Source: Octopus vulgaris
Taxonomy: Eukaryota
Direction: 5' to 3'
Assembly: GCA_951406725.2 (NCBI GenBank)
Contig: OX597818.1
Span: forward strand, 29,264,001 to 29,328,000
Length of the DNA: 64,000 bases
Position numbers and translations under genes: made by a program. Position 1 is the first letter of the stretch. Each line of letters begins with the position of its first letter. The notes under the pieces are model-generated. The model saw nothing but the letters and a program-made list of their open reading frames with translations, was not told where the DNA came from and did no database searches. Positions 42,255-55,042 of this stretch are shown here, piece after piece.

Positions 42255-44550
42255 CATCATCATTTTGATGTCTGTCTTTGATGTTGGCATAGGTTGGATG
42301 GTTTCATAAAAGTTAGCAAGCAAAAATCTGCACCAGGTCCTATTGTCTGATTTGACATGGTTTCTATGGCTGATTGCTCTTCCTAATGCCCGCCACCTTA
42401 CAGAGTGTACTGGGTGCTTTTAATGCAACACCAGCACTGATGACTTTTTTATATGGCACCAACTGGCACTCCATTGGTAATGATGATGAGTGTTCCAGTT
42501 GATTGGATCATTGGAACAGCCTGCTCATGAAATTACCATACAAGTGACTAAGCACTCCACAGATATGTGTTCTCAGAGAGATTCAGTGTGACAATGAATG
42601 TGACAAGGCTGGCCCTTTGAATTAAAGGTACAACTCATTTTTGTCAACCCAGTGATTGGAGCAACATGAAATGAAGCATCTTGCTCAAGGATGCAATGTA
42701 CTGCTGGGAGTCAAACTAACAGTTTTATGATCATGAGCCAAATACACTAACCACTAAGCAATGCACCTTCACATGTGGCACCAGCACCAGTGGGGTTGCC
42801 AAATAACTTGTGAGATCTCTCAGTTGGGAGAGGAAGTGGAACTGAGGGAAGTAGCTTAGTGCCAAGTGAGAGATTAGAATATGATAGGGGAATAGAGATA
42901 AATGTCTTACTATGGAAGAGATACTTGGCTACTCCAGCAGGAAAAAAAGAAGAGAGAGAAAGTTAGGAGAAAGATAGAGACATTCAAAGCAAGAGAAAGA
43001 GAGAGAGAGAGAGAAATAGATGGTGTTGAAGTTGCATCGGAATCTGGTGGGGAGTAGTAGTAGTCCGAAGAGAATAGAAAGCGAATGTTCTACAAAAGTG
43101 TGCGGGGAAATGTTTAGAGATGAGGAAGAGGTAACTTTAGGAAGTAATGGTGAGAGAAATTGAAACTGGAATGGTTGGGAGGGAGTGTGATTGATATGTG
43201 AGGGCATGTAGTGTATGCAGTTAGGCATTTGAGATAGAGTGGATGTGACTACAGCAAATGGGGATTATGGGTGTTGGAATGAAGGGGAGGTATTTGGAAG
43301 ATGGGCAGTGGGGGAATTTTGACAAAGGACAGATTACATTGGTGTGTGTGAGAGGAAAGCATGGCCATAAAGGACATGCCTGTATGTATGGACGGCCACA
43401 ATTTTACTTAGTTTGACATATCTTCTCAAGCACAGCAAATCACCAGAAGTCTCGGTCCCTTGTCATCTATGTGAGGCTCAACATCTGAAGATCATTTCTC
43501 ACCACTTTGTCTTGCATCTTCCTCAGTTTACCTCATTTACAAGTTTACAGATCAGCACTTCTTTATGCAGCTGTCCTCAGCCTTATGCATCACATGACTG
43601 TACTAGCACAGTCTTCTCTCTTGCACACTACATCTGATGCCACTTATACCCAATTTTTTTCTCAAAATGCTTACACTCTATTGTACATGCACACTGACAT
43701 TGCACATCCACTGGAATTGGCTGGCTTCATTTCTTTCAAGCCTTCACTCACCCTCTGCAGTCACAGCCCATGTTTTACTGTCACTAGCCATACATAGGCA
43801 TCATCCATTCTACCTTTCACTCTGAGAGAGAGGCCTTTTGTTACCTGCAACATTGCCCAGCACATTCTTATTCTAGCAACTACATTTTCAGAGCATTCTC
43901 CTCCACTGTTAACTTGGTCATCAAGGTAATGGAAGCTATCTACACTTGTAAAGAACTGCCCACCTACTTCATACATTCTTAGTTTTTATTGTACCTGCTT
44001 ACCTGTGACACACAAAGACTAGTTTTTCTGTTAAACTTCCTGTGATACTGCAGTATTTCTTGTGTGTTACACTGGGTACAATTTATGGAATTTCTATCTA
44101 TACCTTTTCTACATATCAAGAACAGCTATCTCCTTGAAGAGATTAATAACGTGTGCTTTCCTACTTACTAGGAATTCAGTCTTTTCTTAATTAACTCTAA
44201 GGCCCTTTGATTCCAGACCTTGTTTCCACACCTAGAATTTCTTCCCTAATTGTAGTAGAGATTCAGCTATAAGAACAAGCTCATCAGCTTAGAGGATCTC
44301 TCAAAGGCAATCAGTCTTAAATTCTGTTATGGCTTGGAGGACTATGATAAAGAAGTGGAAGCTAAGAACTGATCCTTGATGAATACCTAACTGTACACTA
44401 AATCCATTACTCTTCTCATTGCCAACTTTCACCTTACTGACAGCGTCCCTGTACATAGCTTGTATGGCTCTCACCAAGCACTCAATTATCACTAGCTTCT
44501 TCATTGGCTACCAGATTAAGGAGCAGGGGATCTTGTCAAAGGCTTTCTCC
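42255..44550 (-). mobile_element. Degenerate RTE LINE 3' half with a nested tRNA-SINE (42470-42770)
   Basis: MEKAFDKIP, HQGSVLS and ARIRMCWA..KGLSLRVKGR motifs on the minus strand. Confidence 0.8.
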
Positions 44551-45344
44551 ATTTCTAGTGACTCTATAACAACTTTGGTTGCAATTGAATACAAAAAATT
44601 CAAAAATTTGCAGCTTCGTTTAAGAGGTATATTGCTTGGTGTATTTGTGGGGATTTGAATGATGCATGGAAACATGATATGAGGACTGGTAGACATTAGA
44701 TTAATACCATTTGTTGGATGTGCAATACTAATGTGAGCTGAGAAATCTATTGCTTTTAGTGGATTATAATGGAAAGACATTCTTGTTGAATTAAATGTGT
44801 GGTGGAAAGGAAAATGGAAGTGTAATAAAATGAAACACTATAAAAAATATTTTCAGGTATGACCTAAAGACACTGAGCCTTGTAATGCATTGCTATAATG
44901 TAATGTAGAACATATTTATAATATTTGTAGCCAACACTTTATGTTACAATGATTGTAAACAAATTGTCTGTACATGTATGTGTTGATATAAATACTCATA
45001 CACTTGTTCCCAAGTGTATATCATTCTCTAAAATAATTTCTTTCCTGTCTGTATCCCTCTTGTTCCTGGTTGCAATTGCTACTTACTTCTATTTCTCTTA
45101 CTCCCTTAGGGCAAAGTCTGCCCTCTTCGTGCATTTCTGGCTGTCACCTCCACACCTGTTCCCCACCCTCTCAGACTCTCATTAGTTTATTCCATGTGTT
45201 TGGCCATTTCATTACACTTGAAAATATGCACAGCTAAACTAAGAATTCTCTTGTTTTTAATTGTCTCATTCATTCAAACCCATTCCTAAGGTATTTTTCG
45301 ATGTTGTTATCATTATTATTATTATTATTATCATCATCATCATT

Positions 45345-47007
45345 CAGTAGTTTATATTTTTATAACGTGCTTTCACTTCACTACCAAGCACAGCTCTGTG
45401 TGCCTTGGGTATGTGCTGTGATTTGTTGTGATGCTCTGATGGTTACTGTATTGAAAGTGTTCTGCATAGGATGTGTGCAGTGTCTAGTAGTGCAATTTTC
45501 TGTATGTTATATGTGTTTGTAAGTCCTGGTGTTTTTGTTATGTATTTGTCTGAATATTTTTTTATCATGCCTAATGCACCTACTATGATAGGAATTGTTT
45601 CTGTTTTTAGATTCCACATTCTAGTTACCTCTATTTCCAGGTCTTTGTCTTTTGAAAGTTTCTCAATTTCTTTTAGAGACACATTGTCATCTGCTGGTAT
45701 TGATACATAATTAGAAAGCATTTTTTTCTTCCTGATCTCATACAACTATATCTGGTCTGTTGGCCTTAATTTCTCTATCTGTGTGTATTGGCATATCCCA
45801 GAGTATGGTTACTTTCTCGTTTTCTGTGACCTTTTCTGGTGTGTGTCTATACCATTTTTTTTCTGTTGTTATTCCATAATGTTGGTATAGCTTCCAGTGT
45901 ATGTAGGTCCCAACTCTGTCGTGTCTGTGAATATATTCCTTCTTGGCCAGGACTGAGCAGCCAGAGATTTATTGATTTATTGTTTCTTGTCCATCTCCAC
46001 ATCTTCTGCAGTTACTTGCTATATTTCTTTTCATTACATGTTTTTGGTAATTTCTGGTGGGGACGCTTTGGTCTTGTGCTGCAAAATCCCTCTGTCTCTG
46101 CTTTGAGTCCTGAGCTTCTCAACCACTGCTGGGATTTTTCTTTGTCTATTTCTTTTGCATTTAGCTTAGTCCAGTACTTGCCATAAAGGGTCTTTTCTTG
46201 CCATCGCTTTATCATGGTCCGTTGCTGTTCTAGCTTTAGTTTTGATTTCATTTGCTTTATAGCTTTTGTTGTGTCGTCGTCGTCTTCTTCTTCTTCTTCT
46301 GCTTCTTCTTCTTCTTCTGCTTCTTCTTCTTCTTCTTCTTCTTCTTGAGGTGGTATGATTTCTTCTTTGTATTTGTCAGCTTCCTTAAATACTGAGAACA
46401 ATTTTTTGTTTTGCCGCTATTTGTATCAGTTTTCCTTGCTTCTGAAGTAGGTATTTTTGCAGTCCTATAGTGGTTATTTTATAGTAGTTTTCCAGCTTTA
46501 TAAGGCCTCTACCACCTTCTATACGTTATATATATAGCCTTTCTATGTCAGATTTTGGGTGATGCATCCTAGATCCTGTCATTATTTTTCTTGTTTTCCT
46601 ATCTATTTTGGTTAGTTCATTTAGCATACAGTTAAGGATATTGTAGCTGTAGTTTATAACTGGGACGGCTAAAGTGTTAATACCTATTATCTTGTTTTTA
46701 GCATTGAGCTCTGTTTTTAGTATTGATCTAACTCGTCTATAGTATTCTTTCTTTATTTTCTCTTTCATTTGTGTGTGCTGTGTCTTATCTAGTTCATGGA
46801 TTCCTAAATATTTGTAAGTTTGGCTTTGGTCTAATTCTCTTATTTTATTGGCTTTATCTAGTGTGATGTTGCTACTCTTAACTAGTTTTTCTCTTTTCAG
46901 GGTTACTTTGGCGCATTTTTCTAATCCAAATTTCATATCTATTTCTTTGGTGAATCTATGAACTGTCTTTAGTAGTGTTTCCAGCTGTTTGTCATTTGTA
47001 GCATATC
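45345..47007 (-). mobile_element. R4/Dong-clade LINE, 5'-truncated
   Basis: MKFGLEKCA, YKYLG, KIIGINTLAVPVINYS, LKAETEG, RPDIVV and PIIVGALG (REL endonuclease); bordered by (TAA/TTA)n tracts. Confidence 0.87.
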
Positions 47008-47024
47008 ATTATTATTATTATTGT

Positions 47025-47320
47025 TACTATTATTATTCAGGTCACTGCCTGGAATCAAATTCGGAATCTTGGAGTTAGTAGCCCGTACTCTTAACCACTA
47101 TGGCGTAGTGGTTAAGAGCACGGGCTACTAACCTCAAGATTCCGAGTTCAATTCCAGGCAGTAACCTGAATAATAATAACAACATCAAAAAATACCTTAG
47201 GAATGAGAACCCAGGTTTGAAATTTCCGCAAGACACCTGAGGAAGGCTGGAGGGTATATCAGCCGAAACGTGTTAACAACAAGCAAGATGAGGACAAATA
47301 TCCATCAATTGTAAATAATG
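47025..47320. mobile_element. tRNA-head + hammerhead element, head-to-head palindromic pair
   Basis: A-box tggcgtagtgg, B-box gagttcaattcc, HHR-like core at 47232-47274; inverted partial copy at 47025-47100. Confidence 0.75.
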
Positions 47321-47879
47321 TATATACATATTTAGTTTTTTCTCTAAAATAATTCTTTCTTGTTTGTTCTGCTCCTTAAAATGACTCTCTCTTGTACGTG
47401 GTTGTGCCCACCCTATATCACCCCTACCACCCTTTCTCACCCCTACCATTAATACCAGAAATTTCATTTCTTTTACTGGACATCCTGTTACCCTTCCCCT
47501 CTCTCCTCATATTGGTAATCTCACTGCCCTTTCCTTTCTCTCCCCATCATCTCTGGACTAACTAACCTAGACAGTAGCCCATTTACCCTGTCTCTCTCTC
47601 TTTTTCTTTTTTATATTTATATCTGCAGCATCAGTAATGCTTACATTCACAATGTTCATAACACATATTTACAATTCCCCAAACACTTTCATATACAATG
47701 CTTCCTTACTCCCCCCACCCCAGTAGAGGCAACAACCTTAACAATTCTAACATGTTTGAATGACATTAGGTTAAAAGCAAGAACAACTATTATGACGTCT
47801 ATTACCAAACAATCACAGGAACCGTCTTATCAGGTGCTGAATAACATCTCTCCTTCTTGTGTTACCTCCCATATCTCTT

Positions 47880-50800
47880 TCCCAGTTTTTAGAGTTGGCA
47901 CTGTAAATGTAGGTACATTGAAGGGTAGGTCTAGCGAGATTGTAGAGATACTTCAGCAGAGACATACAAGAGGTAGGGTGGAGAGGAGCTTCAGCCAGAG
48001 TCCTCACAGGCAAAGCACATAGGTATAAACTTTTCTGGGAAGGTAATAGCGATGGAATAGGGGGTGTGGGCATACTTCTTACAGAGAAATAGGAGGATAA
48101 GATCATTATGGTAGTGAGGGTGTGCGATAGGGTACTTAAACTCAGGCTAGTCTTACAGAATAGTATAGCTACAATTATCTCTGCGGGTCTACCAAATGAA
48201 CAGAAGGATCACTTTTATGATATTCTTCTGCAGGCTACCTCAAAGACGAGTGTCAATCATTTAAACTTTGTGGTTGGAGATTTTAATGAGTATGTCGGAC
48301 AGCAACCTGGTATCTTCCGTGGTGTACATGGGGGCGATGGAGTTGGTACCAGAAATGAAGAGGGAACAAGGCTCCTAGAGTTCTGCAATGTAAATAACCT
48401 ATTGATCTGTAACACCAACTTTAGAAAGCTAGCCAGATTGATTTTATTCTCACCAGACAGCCAGATGCATGGTTGCTCTTAAATATAAAGACCCTCCATG
48501 GTGAAGAATATATCCCTCAGCATAGACCAGTTATTAGTAAATGTAGACTAGGGATACCAAAAAGTAGACCAGTCTGGAAAAGAAGGACTTGGAAGCTTAA
48601 GAACTCTTCATATAGTCAGAGATTTAGGGATATCCTTACCAAGAAATTTGATGATGGGGAGGAGGATCTACAGTCCTGTGACATAGAAGGCCAAATATGT
48701 ACCTGGTGTGAAGTCCCTTCAAGACCTAGGGTAACATGGTGGTGGAACTACTGTAGACAGAGCCATTAAAGCAAAAAGAACAGGCCTGGAAGAGTGGGGG
48801 TAGCAGGAAACTGTATCAGATAGCCAAAAGGGAAGATAGAAGACAGGTATATATAGCCAAGGGAGTAGCAGTAAAGAAGTTTGCCAATGTTCAGCAATGT
48901 GAAGGCGAAAGAACTGAGGTATTTTGTATTGCAAGACAGTGTGTGAGAGAAAACCATGATGTCATAGGAGAGAAATGTGTTCGCATCGATGATGGTGCAT
49001 TTGTGTTTAATGATTCTGTATAGAAAGAGGCTTGGAGATGCCATTCTGAAAGACTGCTGAATGTGGCGAATGAATGGGAGGAGGAGAGTCTACTAAAGGT
49101 TGACTCAATTGAGGGCCCAGCTACCTGAATCGATAGTAACCTGGTAGATTAAGCAATTAAGGATAAGAAGACAGGGGAAGCACCTGTCCCATCAGGAATC
49201 ACTGCTGAGATGCTTAAAATATCAGGTGGTGTGGGTTATGGTCTTGTCATCCACATCGTAAATCAGGTAGTTCATGAAGGAGTCATAGCCATAGTCAAGG
49301 GCTACAAAGGTAAAGGTGATGCTTTAGATAGAAATAACTACAAGGGTTTCAGATTATTGGATCAGGTGATGAAAGTTATGGAGAGGGTCACAGCCCAACT
49401 AATTAGGGAGAGAGTTAGCCTAGATAAGATGCAGTTTGGTTTTGTGCCAAGCAGAAGCACCACTGATGCTATATTTCTGGTAAGGCAACTGCAAGAGAAA
49501 TATCTAGGCAAATATAAACCTCTGTACTTGGCTTTCATTGACTTGGAGAAAGCCTTTAACAGGTCCCCCAATACCTTATCTGGTGGTCAATGTGAAAACT
49601 GGGGATAGACAAGTGGTTGATAAGAGCTGTACAAGCCCTGTACAGAGATGCTATCAGATTAGGGTTGGCAACGAGTATAGTGAAGAATTCCAGGTAGAAG
49701 TAGGATCAGTCCTCAGTCCCCTCTTATTCATTATAGTCCACCAGGCAATAACAGAGGAATTCAAGACAGGCTCCTCTATGCTGATGACCTTGCTCTAATA
49801 GCTGAGTCACTGCCTGAACTAGAGACAGAGTTTCGGGTGTGGGAGCAAGGTTCTAGAATTGAAGGGCCTTAGGGTTAACCTAGCAAAAACCAAAGTCTTA
49901 GTAAGTAGGGAGGCTGACAAATGACAAAACCCTTCAGGTAGATGGCCTTGCTCAATCTGTAGAAAAGGCATGGGTAGAAACTCCATACAATGTACCCGGT
50001 GTAATCTATGGACACATAAAAGGTGCAGCAATATCAAAGGAAGGTTAACTGGGAAGATAGTTTTTGTGCATTAAACACTGAAGATGTACAGAAAACATAT
50101 TCTATCACATGCAAGGAGGGAATACTAGAAGTAGTTGATATCTTCCGCTAACTAGGCAACTAAATCTGTAGTGGGGTGGTTACTCTGACATTGTCATGGC
50201 TAGAATAAGAATAGCCTGGGCAAGGTTCAGAGAGCTCCTACTTTTGCTGGTAACTAAGGGCATCTCGCTCAGGGTGAAAGGTAGACTGTATGATGCGTGT
50301 GTGCGAACTGCCATGCTACACAGCAGTGAAACATGGGCTATGAATGTAGAGGACATGCGTAGGCTTGAAAGAAATTAAGCTAGTATGGTCCGCTGGATGT
50401 GTAATGCTAGTGTGCATACATGACTGAGTGTAAGTGCCCTGAGAGAAAAGTTGGACATAAGAAGCATCAAATGTGGTGTGCAAGAGAGACGACACCGCTG
50501 ATATGGCCATGTGTTACATAAGGATGAGGACAGTTGTGTGAGGAAGTGCCACACCCTAACTGTGGAAAGAACCTGTGATAGAGGTAGACCCAGGAAGACA
50601 TAGGATGAAGTGGTGAAACATGACCTTTCAACATTGGGCCTCATAGTGACAATGACTGGAGACCAAGACCTTTGGAGATATGCTGTGATTGAGAAGACTC
50701 GGCAACTGAAGTGAGATCACTGCCATGGCCGATACCAGTTTTGCATGTCCAGTCCATTTAAGAGTACCCATGATGCGTTAGGTGATATGCTATGCTTGAG

Positions 50801-51436
50801 AAGTCCTGTTGAGTCAATTAAAACCAAAATTGTAGCTGTGCTCAGTGCCTCCTGACTGGCTCCTGTTCCCGTGGCACATAAAATGCACCATCTGAACATG
50901 GTCTATGCCAGTGTCCCCTGACTGACTCTCATGCTGGTAGCATGTAAAAAACACCATCTGAACGTGGTCAATGCCAGGTCTGCCTAATTGGCTCCCATGC
51001 TGGTGGAGCATAAAAAGCATCATCCAAACGAGGTTGATGCTAGTACCCTCTGACTGGCTCCCGTATCAGTGGCACATAAAAAGCACTATCTGAACGTGAT
51101 TGATGCCAGGATCACATGACTGGCTCCAATGCTGGTGGCACATAAAAAGCACCATCCAAATGGGGCCAATACCAGAACCATCTGACTGGCTCTTGTGCTG
51201 GTGGCACATAAAAAGTACTATCCGAATGTGATCAATGCCAGGTCCACCTAACTGGCTCCTGTGCTGATGGCACCCACTACACTCTTGGAGAGGTTGGCAT
51301 TAGGAAGGGCATCCCACTGTAGAAACATTGGCAGATCAGATTGGAACCTGGTGCAGCTGCTGGCTCTCCAGACCTTAGACAAACCATCCAACCCATGCCA
51401 GCATGGAAAACAGATGTTAAAAGATGATGATGATGA
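47880..51436 (+). mobile_element. Near full-length degenerate RTE LINE (APE + RT + 3' UTR)
   Basis: VGTVNVGTLKGR, VGDFN, RNEEGTRLLEFC, QFGFVPSRSTTDAIF, FIDLEKAF and YADDL; 3' tandem repeats and (GAT)n tail. Confidence 0.9.
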
Positions 51437-51544
51437 GTTGTGTACCCCAATAAAATGAGACACATGAGTAATGAAAAATTCTTCGTTATACTTACTATAT
51501 ATATTGATGTAATAATTCATGGTCTTTTTAATATATCTTTTCAG

Positions 51545-51649
51545 AAAAGCGAGAAATCCCCATGGGAATAATTATTGGTTGCACTGTCGGATTTTTGTTA
51601 TTATTAATAATAATGAGTCTTCTTGCTTATAAATTCTACAAAAGAAGAG
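51545..51649 (+). CDS. IgSF membrane protein, transmembrane exon
   Basis: Acceptor atctttttcag|, donor G|gtttgt, phase 1-1. EKREIPMGIIIGCTVGFLLLLIIMSLLAYKFYKRR is a hydrophobic helix followed by a basic stop-transfer signal. Confidence 0.85.
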
Positions 51650-51721
51650 GTTTGTATGTTTTTCATATTATAAAGCTTTGTTTTTCACAACAATGTGTGT
51701 GTTCATATATATGTATGTATG

Positions 51722-51767
<46 letters not shown>

Positions 51768-51849
51768 GTGTGTGTGTGTGTGTGTGCATATATATATATA
51801 TATATATATAATGAATAGGGAGAATTTTACTCCATATATAGCATATTGA

Positions 51850-53320
51850 ATGATTCATTTGAACAACATTTTTACCACACATGCTGGATTCATCGAATTC
51901 GACAAAATCATGATAACTATTGGCATAAACCCACTAGGAAATTCAATATAAATAAACAGGCAATAAAACCTCTTCTAGAAAATGGGAAACCATATGGTTT
52001 ACCTCGTCCTTCTTTCTTCAAATTAGAAACCTCCCCAGCTTATTTTTTAAAATCTTAGCAAAAAATTTTCCACAAAACCATAAGTATCATTCTATATTTA
52101 ATAAATCTTGTATTAAGATATTGTACTCCACCACACCAAATCTAAGGTCAATTATAGCAGCTAATAATAGGTATAAGCTTAGAAACCATTCATTAGGTAA
52201 AGTTTCTCTATGGGAAACCTCTGATTTGGAGCCCAACAATAATATTATATTTAATGATAATACAAGAAGAAATATAATAGGTGAATCACAACAACAAGGG
52301 GTTATAAATCCTACCCAGACAAGTCAAATGGATGTGATTAATGAACTAAACACAGCTTCTCAGTAATTTGGAATCTAACCAAATCAATGCAAATTATTTG
52401 GGACAATGATTTAAAACCCAAATGAGGCAAAAAACATGCAACTCCTGCAAGCTGGAATACTGCCCCTTAAGAGGCATTTATTCAACAAAAGAACCTAGTC
52501 TATAAAAGCCAAGTACTAATATCTAACCATAACCAATCTAAAACATATATTGGGAGCACAGCTGATTTTAAAACTAGATACTGAGTGCACATGAATTCAT
52601 TTATTAACCCTAAAACTAAATTTTCTTCATCACTAGTAACATATGTTAACCTTCTAAAAATGCAAAATATTAACTATAAATTAATATGATCAGTAGTTAC
52701 TGGAACCTCTCCTTATAATTCATATACATAAACTTGTAGGTTATGTACAAAAGAATCAATCAATATACTATGTCTAAATAAGAAGATAATGCAAATTCTC
52801 GGATCTTATCATTTCATATAGGCATAAATACCTCTCCACATATAAATTGTCCATTAAATAACAAAAAAATCCATAAAAAGCCTCTCATCAATAAAATAAT
52901 TATGGAATAATGATCATCTTAATGTAGACATAAATACCTATGCACACTTAAATTCTTTCATTAAGTAACAATAAATCTGTAATGAATAAAAAACAAAAAC
53001 TGAAAAAAGAAAGAGAAAAATCATTTCACTTCTAGAATAATTTCCGGGAAGCTTATATTTTTAATTTTACCTCCACCATATATTTTAAATTCATCTCAAT
53101 CGTTTTATTTCTATTCAATTCATTTTTCATCCAATCGATTTTATATAAAATACAAACTGGTATAGTGTAATTGAACTTTGACATTTATGAACAAAAATAC
53201 CAGATGTGATCCATACAAGATATAGATATCCCTGATGAAGGAAATAGTGATACTGGAATGGATTTTAAATTGATATCTACTCTTATCACTATGTTCCTGA
53301 AACGACCATGGGATGTATAT
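51850..53320 (+). mobile_element. Penelope-like relic (GIY-YIG) with a 3' hammerhead
   Basis: YSTTPNLRSIIAANN, CNSCKLEYCPLRG, KTYIGSTADFKTRY and CRLCTKE remnants; HHR motif at 53226-53316. Confidence 0.72.
53226..53316 (+). ncRNA. Type I hammerhead ribozyme motif (degenerate cleavage site)
   Basis: atatcc-CTGATGA-aggaa/atagtgata..tatcactat/g/ttcct-GAAAC-gaccat-gggatgt; stems I and II pair. Confidence 0.65.
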
Positions 53321-53990
53321 GTTAATTTTCACATTTGGATTTTAATGTGGACTTCTTTCTTCGAACTTTCCATATACTCTTGTGAGCTTTAATATTAGTG
53401 TCTCTGATGCAACAAATCAATCCTGTATGTAGAAATTTATGTGATTTAAATATCGCTGAATGTGTATTGCTTCATTGTGTATATTTGCCTTTCATATCAA
53501 AATATCTATTTTACATATATTTTTTATGAAGCATTTGATGGATTGAAATCTTACTATTCATATATGGACTGATAAGCCAGAACTTTGTCTCAAATCCCAA
53601 ATCTTCCATAACAGTTCGTGAACTGTGTTAAAATAATACTTTTTTTAATATATTTTTGTGGTGTGTGTGTTCATTCAGTTCATTATTTTAACATGGCGCA
53701 CAAACTTTTTCTTCAACCTAGTATGTATGTATATACATACAGACAGACAGATAAGAATAAAATAGGATTAAAAAGTCCTGGCAGATATCAAGTAAGCACT
53801 CAGTATAAAAGAATAAGGTTAAATTTCCAACAATCAGATACCAGTAAATGTAAATAGAATATAAATCCCAGTTAAATCCTCATGCATGACAGGTAAATCG
53901 AACAATTCATTTGTAATAAGAAGTAAAGGTGTGATCTAAAATAAAGATAGGATTTTCTTCCTATATATATACATATATATATGATGATGA

Positions 53991-54033
<43 letters not shown>

Positions 54034-54190
54034 TATATATATACATAAATGTATGAGTAAGCAACTTAGGAAAGTCAATATACATACATTTAATCTAAAA
54101 AAAGTACATAAGTTTACCCTAAAGAAAGTTCGACTTACACAGAATGGAAATGGTAGCCATAATTAAAGGGGTTGAATAAGAGTATTTCAA

Positions 54191-54283
54191 CTCTAACAGC
54201 TGTTTCTTGGGGATAGGTGGTCCAAAATAATGATTGTAAATTGATTCTATCATCGGATAATACCAGCCTCCATCTTCAGAGAA
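54191..54283 (-). ncRNA. Type I hammerhead ribozyme motif (PLE type)
   Basis: On the minus strand: ttct-CTGAAGA-tggag..cccca-a-GAA-ACAGCTGT-t-agag, with palindromic stem III ACAGCTGT. Confidence 0.6.
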
Positions 54284-54423
54284 GAATTTTACATTGAGGT
54301 GTTGACAGAAAGGTTATTAAAAATGGAATGATTTTGTGGGGAACTAAGCGTATTAGAAGGAGGGGTTGGGAAGTATTTAGATAGAGAGTAGTGGGAGGAG
54401 AAAATATTTTTCAGTGTTAGTTT

Positions 54424-54483
<60 letters not shown>

Positions 54484-54487
<4 letters not shown>

Positions 54488-54894
54488 TTACTCTTTTACT
54501 TGTTTCAGTCATTTGACTGCGGCCATGCTGGAGCACCGCCTTTAGTCGAGCAAATCGACCCCGAGACTTATTTTTTGTAAGCCCAGTACTTATTATATCG
54601 GTCTCTTTTGCCGAACCGCTAAGTGACGGGGACGTAAACACACACCAGCATCGGTTGTCAAGCAATGCTAGGGGACAAACACAGACACACAAACACACAA
54701 ACACATACATTTATATATATATATATATATACGACAGGCTTCTTTCAGTTTCCGTCTACCAAATCCACTCACAAGGCATTGGTCGGCCCGGGGCTATAGC
54801 AGAAGACACTTGCCCAAGATGCCACGCAGTGGGATTGAACCCAGAACCATGTGGTTGGTTAGCAAGCTACTTACCACACAGCCACTCCTGCGCC

Positions 54895-54895
<1 letters not shown>
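54484..54895 (-). mobile_element. tRNA-derived SINE between (TA)n tracts
   Basis: On the minus strand: ggcgcaggagtggctgtgtggtaag (A-box), gggttcaatccc (B-box) and cttgggcaagtgtctt domain. Confidence 0.8.
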
Positions 54896-54942
<47 letters not shown>

Positions 54943-55042
54943 CAAACTAACACAAAGGTTACCATTCACATTTAAACCACCCTTCCCTCTTCCTCCCACC
55001 TTCCTCTACTACTAATATCACTAGCCTTAATAAACCCCGACC

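Noticed and set aside
47101-47160. Functional tRNA gene
   Set aside because: A and B boxes are present, but no clean acceptor stem is evident and it is part of a dispersed repeat, so it is treated as a SINE-like head.
50830-51290. CRISPR-like array
   Set aside because: The whole unit is repeated with no unique spacers, the context is a eukaryotic LINE 3' UTR, and there are no cas genes.
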